This document shows positions 63,844-64,000 of a stretch of 64,000 nt of DNA, piece after piece. The DNA comes from a virus (taxonomy: Duplodnaviria > Caudoviricetes): the IMG/VR virus record IMGVR_UViG_3300029314_000064, positions 82,653 through 146,652 of that record; one strand, written 5' to 3'. Positions within the stretch are counted from its first letter, which is position 1, and each line of letters begins with the position of its first letter. The notes under the pieces were generated by a model that ran no database searches, had not been told where the DNA came from, and worked only from the letters and a program-made list of their open reading frames with translations. Made by a program: the position numbers and the translations under genes.

Positions 63844-64000
63844 TCAGCCTTCTTCATCTTCAATCTGCTCAACCTTTGTTGCCTTCTTAACAGGCTTCAC
63901 AATAGGAGCAGACTTCTTTTCTGACTTCTTCTCAGACTTTTCTTCCTTGCTTACCTTCTTAACCTTCTTGGGTTCCTCAGAAGCCTCTTCAACCTTCTTC
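63844..64000 (-). CDS. C-terminal fragment of a Lys/Glu-rich protein, truncated by the window edge
   Basis: Translates ...KKVEEASEEPKKVKKVSKEEKSEKKSEKKSAPIVKPVKKATKVEQIEDEEG-stop with AAG codons. Confidence 0.75.
   Translation of the reverse strand, partial: KKVEEASEEPKKVKKVSKEEKSEKKSEKKSAPIVKPVKKATKVEQIEDEEG

Noticed and set aside
1-64000. Stop-codon recoding (alternative genetic code)
   Set aside because: Long conserved genes are uninterrupted in the standard code, TGA, TAG and TAA all end genes, and no suppressor tRNA is seen; the SNF2 break is a frame change, not a read-through
1-64000. CRISPR array or cas genes
   Set aside because: No regularly spaced direct repeats or Cas motifs were seen

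Overview
This window is 64 kb of a large, AT-rich (roughly one-third GC by eye), gene-dense dsDNA bacteriophage genome read in the standard genetic code. No virion structural genes are recognisable. Genes run on the minus strand except for a plus-strand block at about 26.3-34.9 kb, which has inverted repeats at both ends. The left part (1-38 kb) holds small accessory genes, four intact tRNAs, one atypical tRNA, two tRNA 5' fragments, two GC-rich structured ncRNA candidates, an HNH endonuclease, a frameshifted SNF2 helicase, and RimK, alarmone-hydrolase-like and MTA/SAH nucleosidase genes. The right part (38-64 kb) is the replication, recombination and nucleotide module: RuvC-like, SbcCD/gp46-47, RecA, SSB, HU, class II RNR, dCTP deaminase, and DnaE with two inteins. 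The best candidate for an undescribed system is a thymidine hypermodification pathway. An operon of radical-SAM enzyme, T4 beta-glucosyltransferase-like protein, dUMP-type hydroxymethylase and methyltransferase runs directly into dnaE. A split HldE (ADP-heptose-type kinase plus nucleotidyltransferase) with a cupin sits among the dNTP genes, and a separate aGPT-Pplase gene lies at 22.6 kb. Together these suggest DNA carrying a tailored sugar, possibly a heptose, on 5-hydroxymethyluracil. Several weaker clues point to a high-GC, possibly myxobacterial host. All family calls come from motif recognition by eye; no database searches were run.
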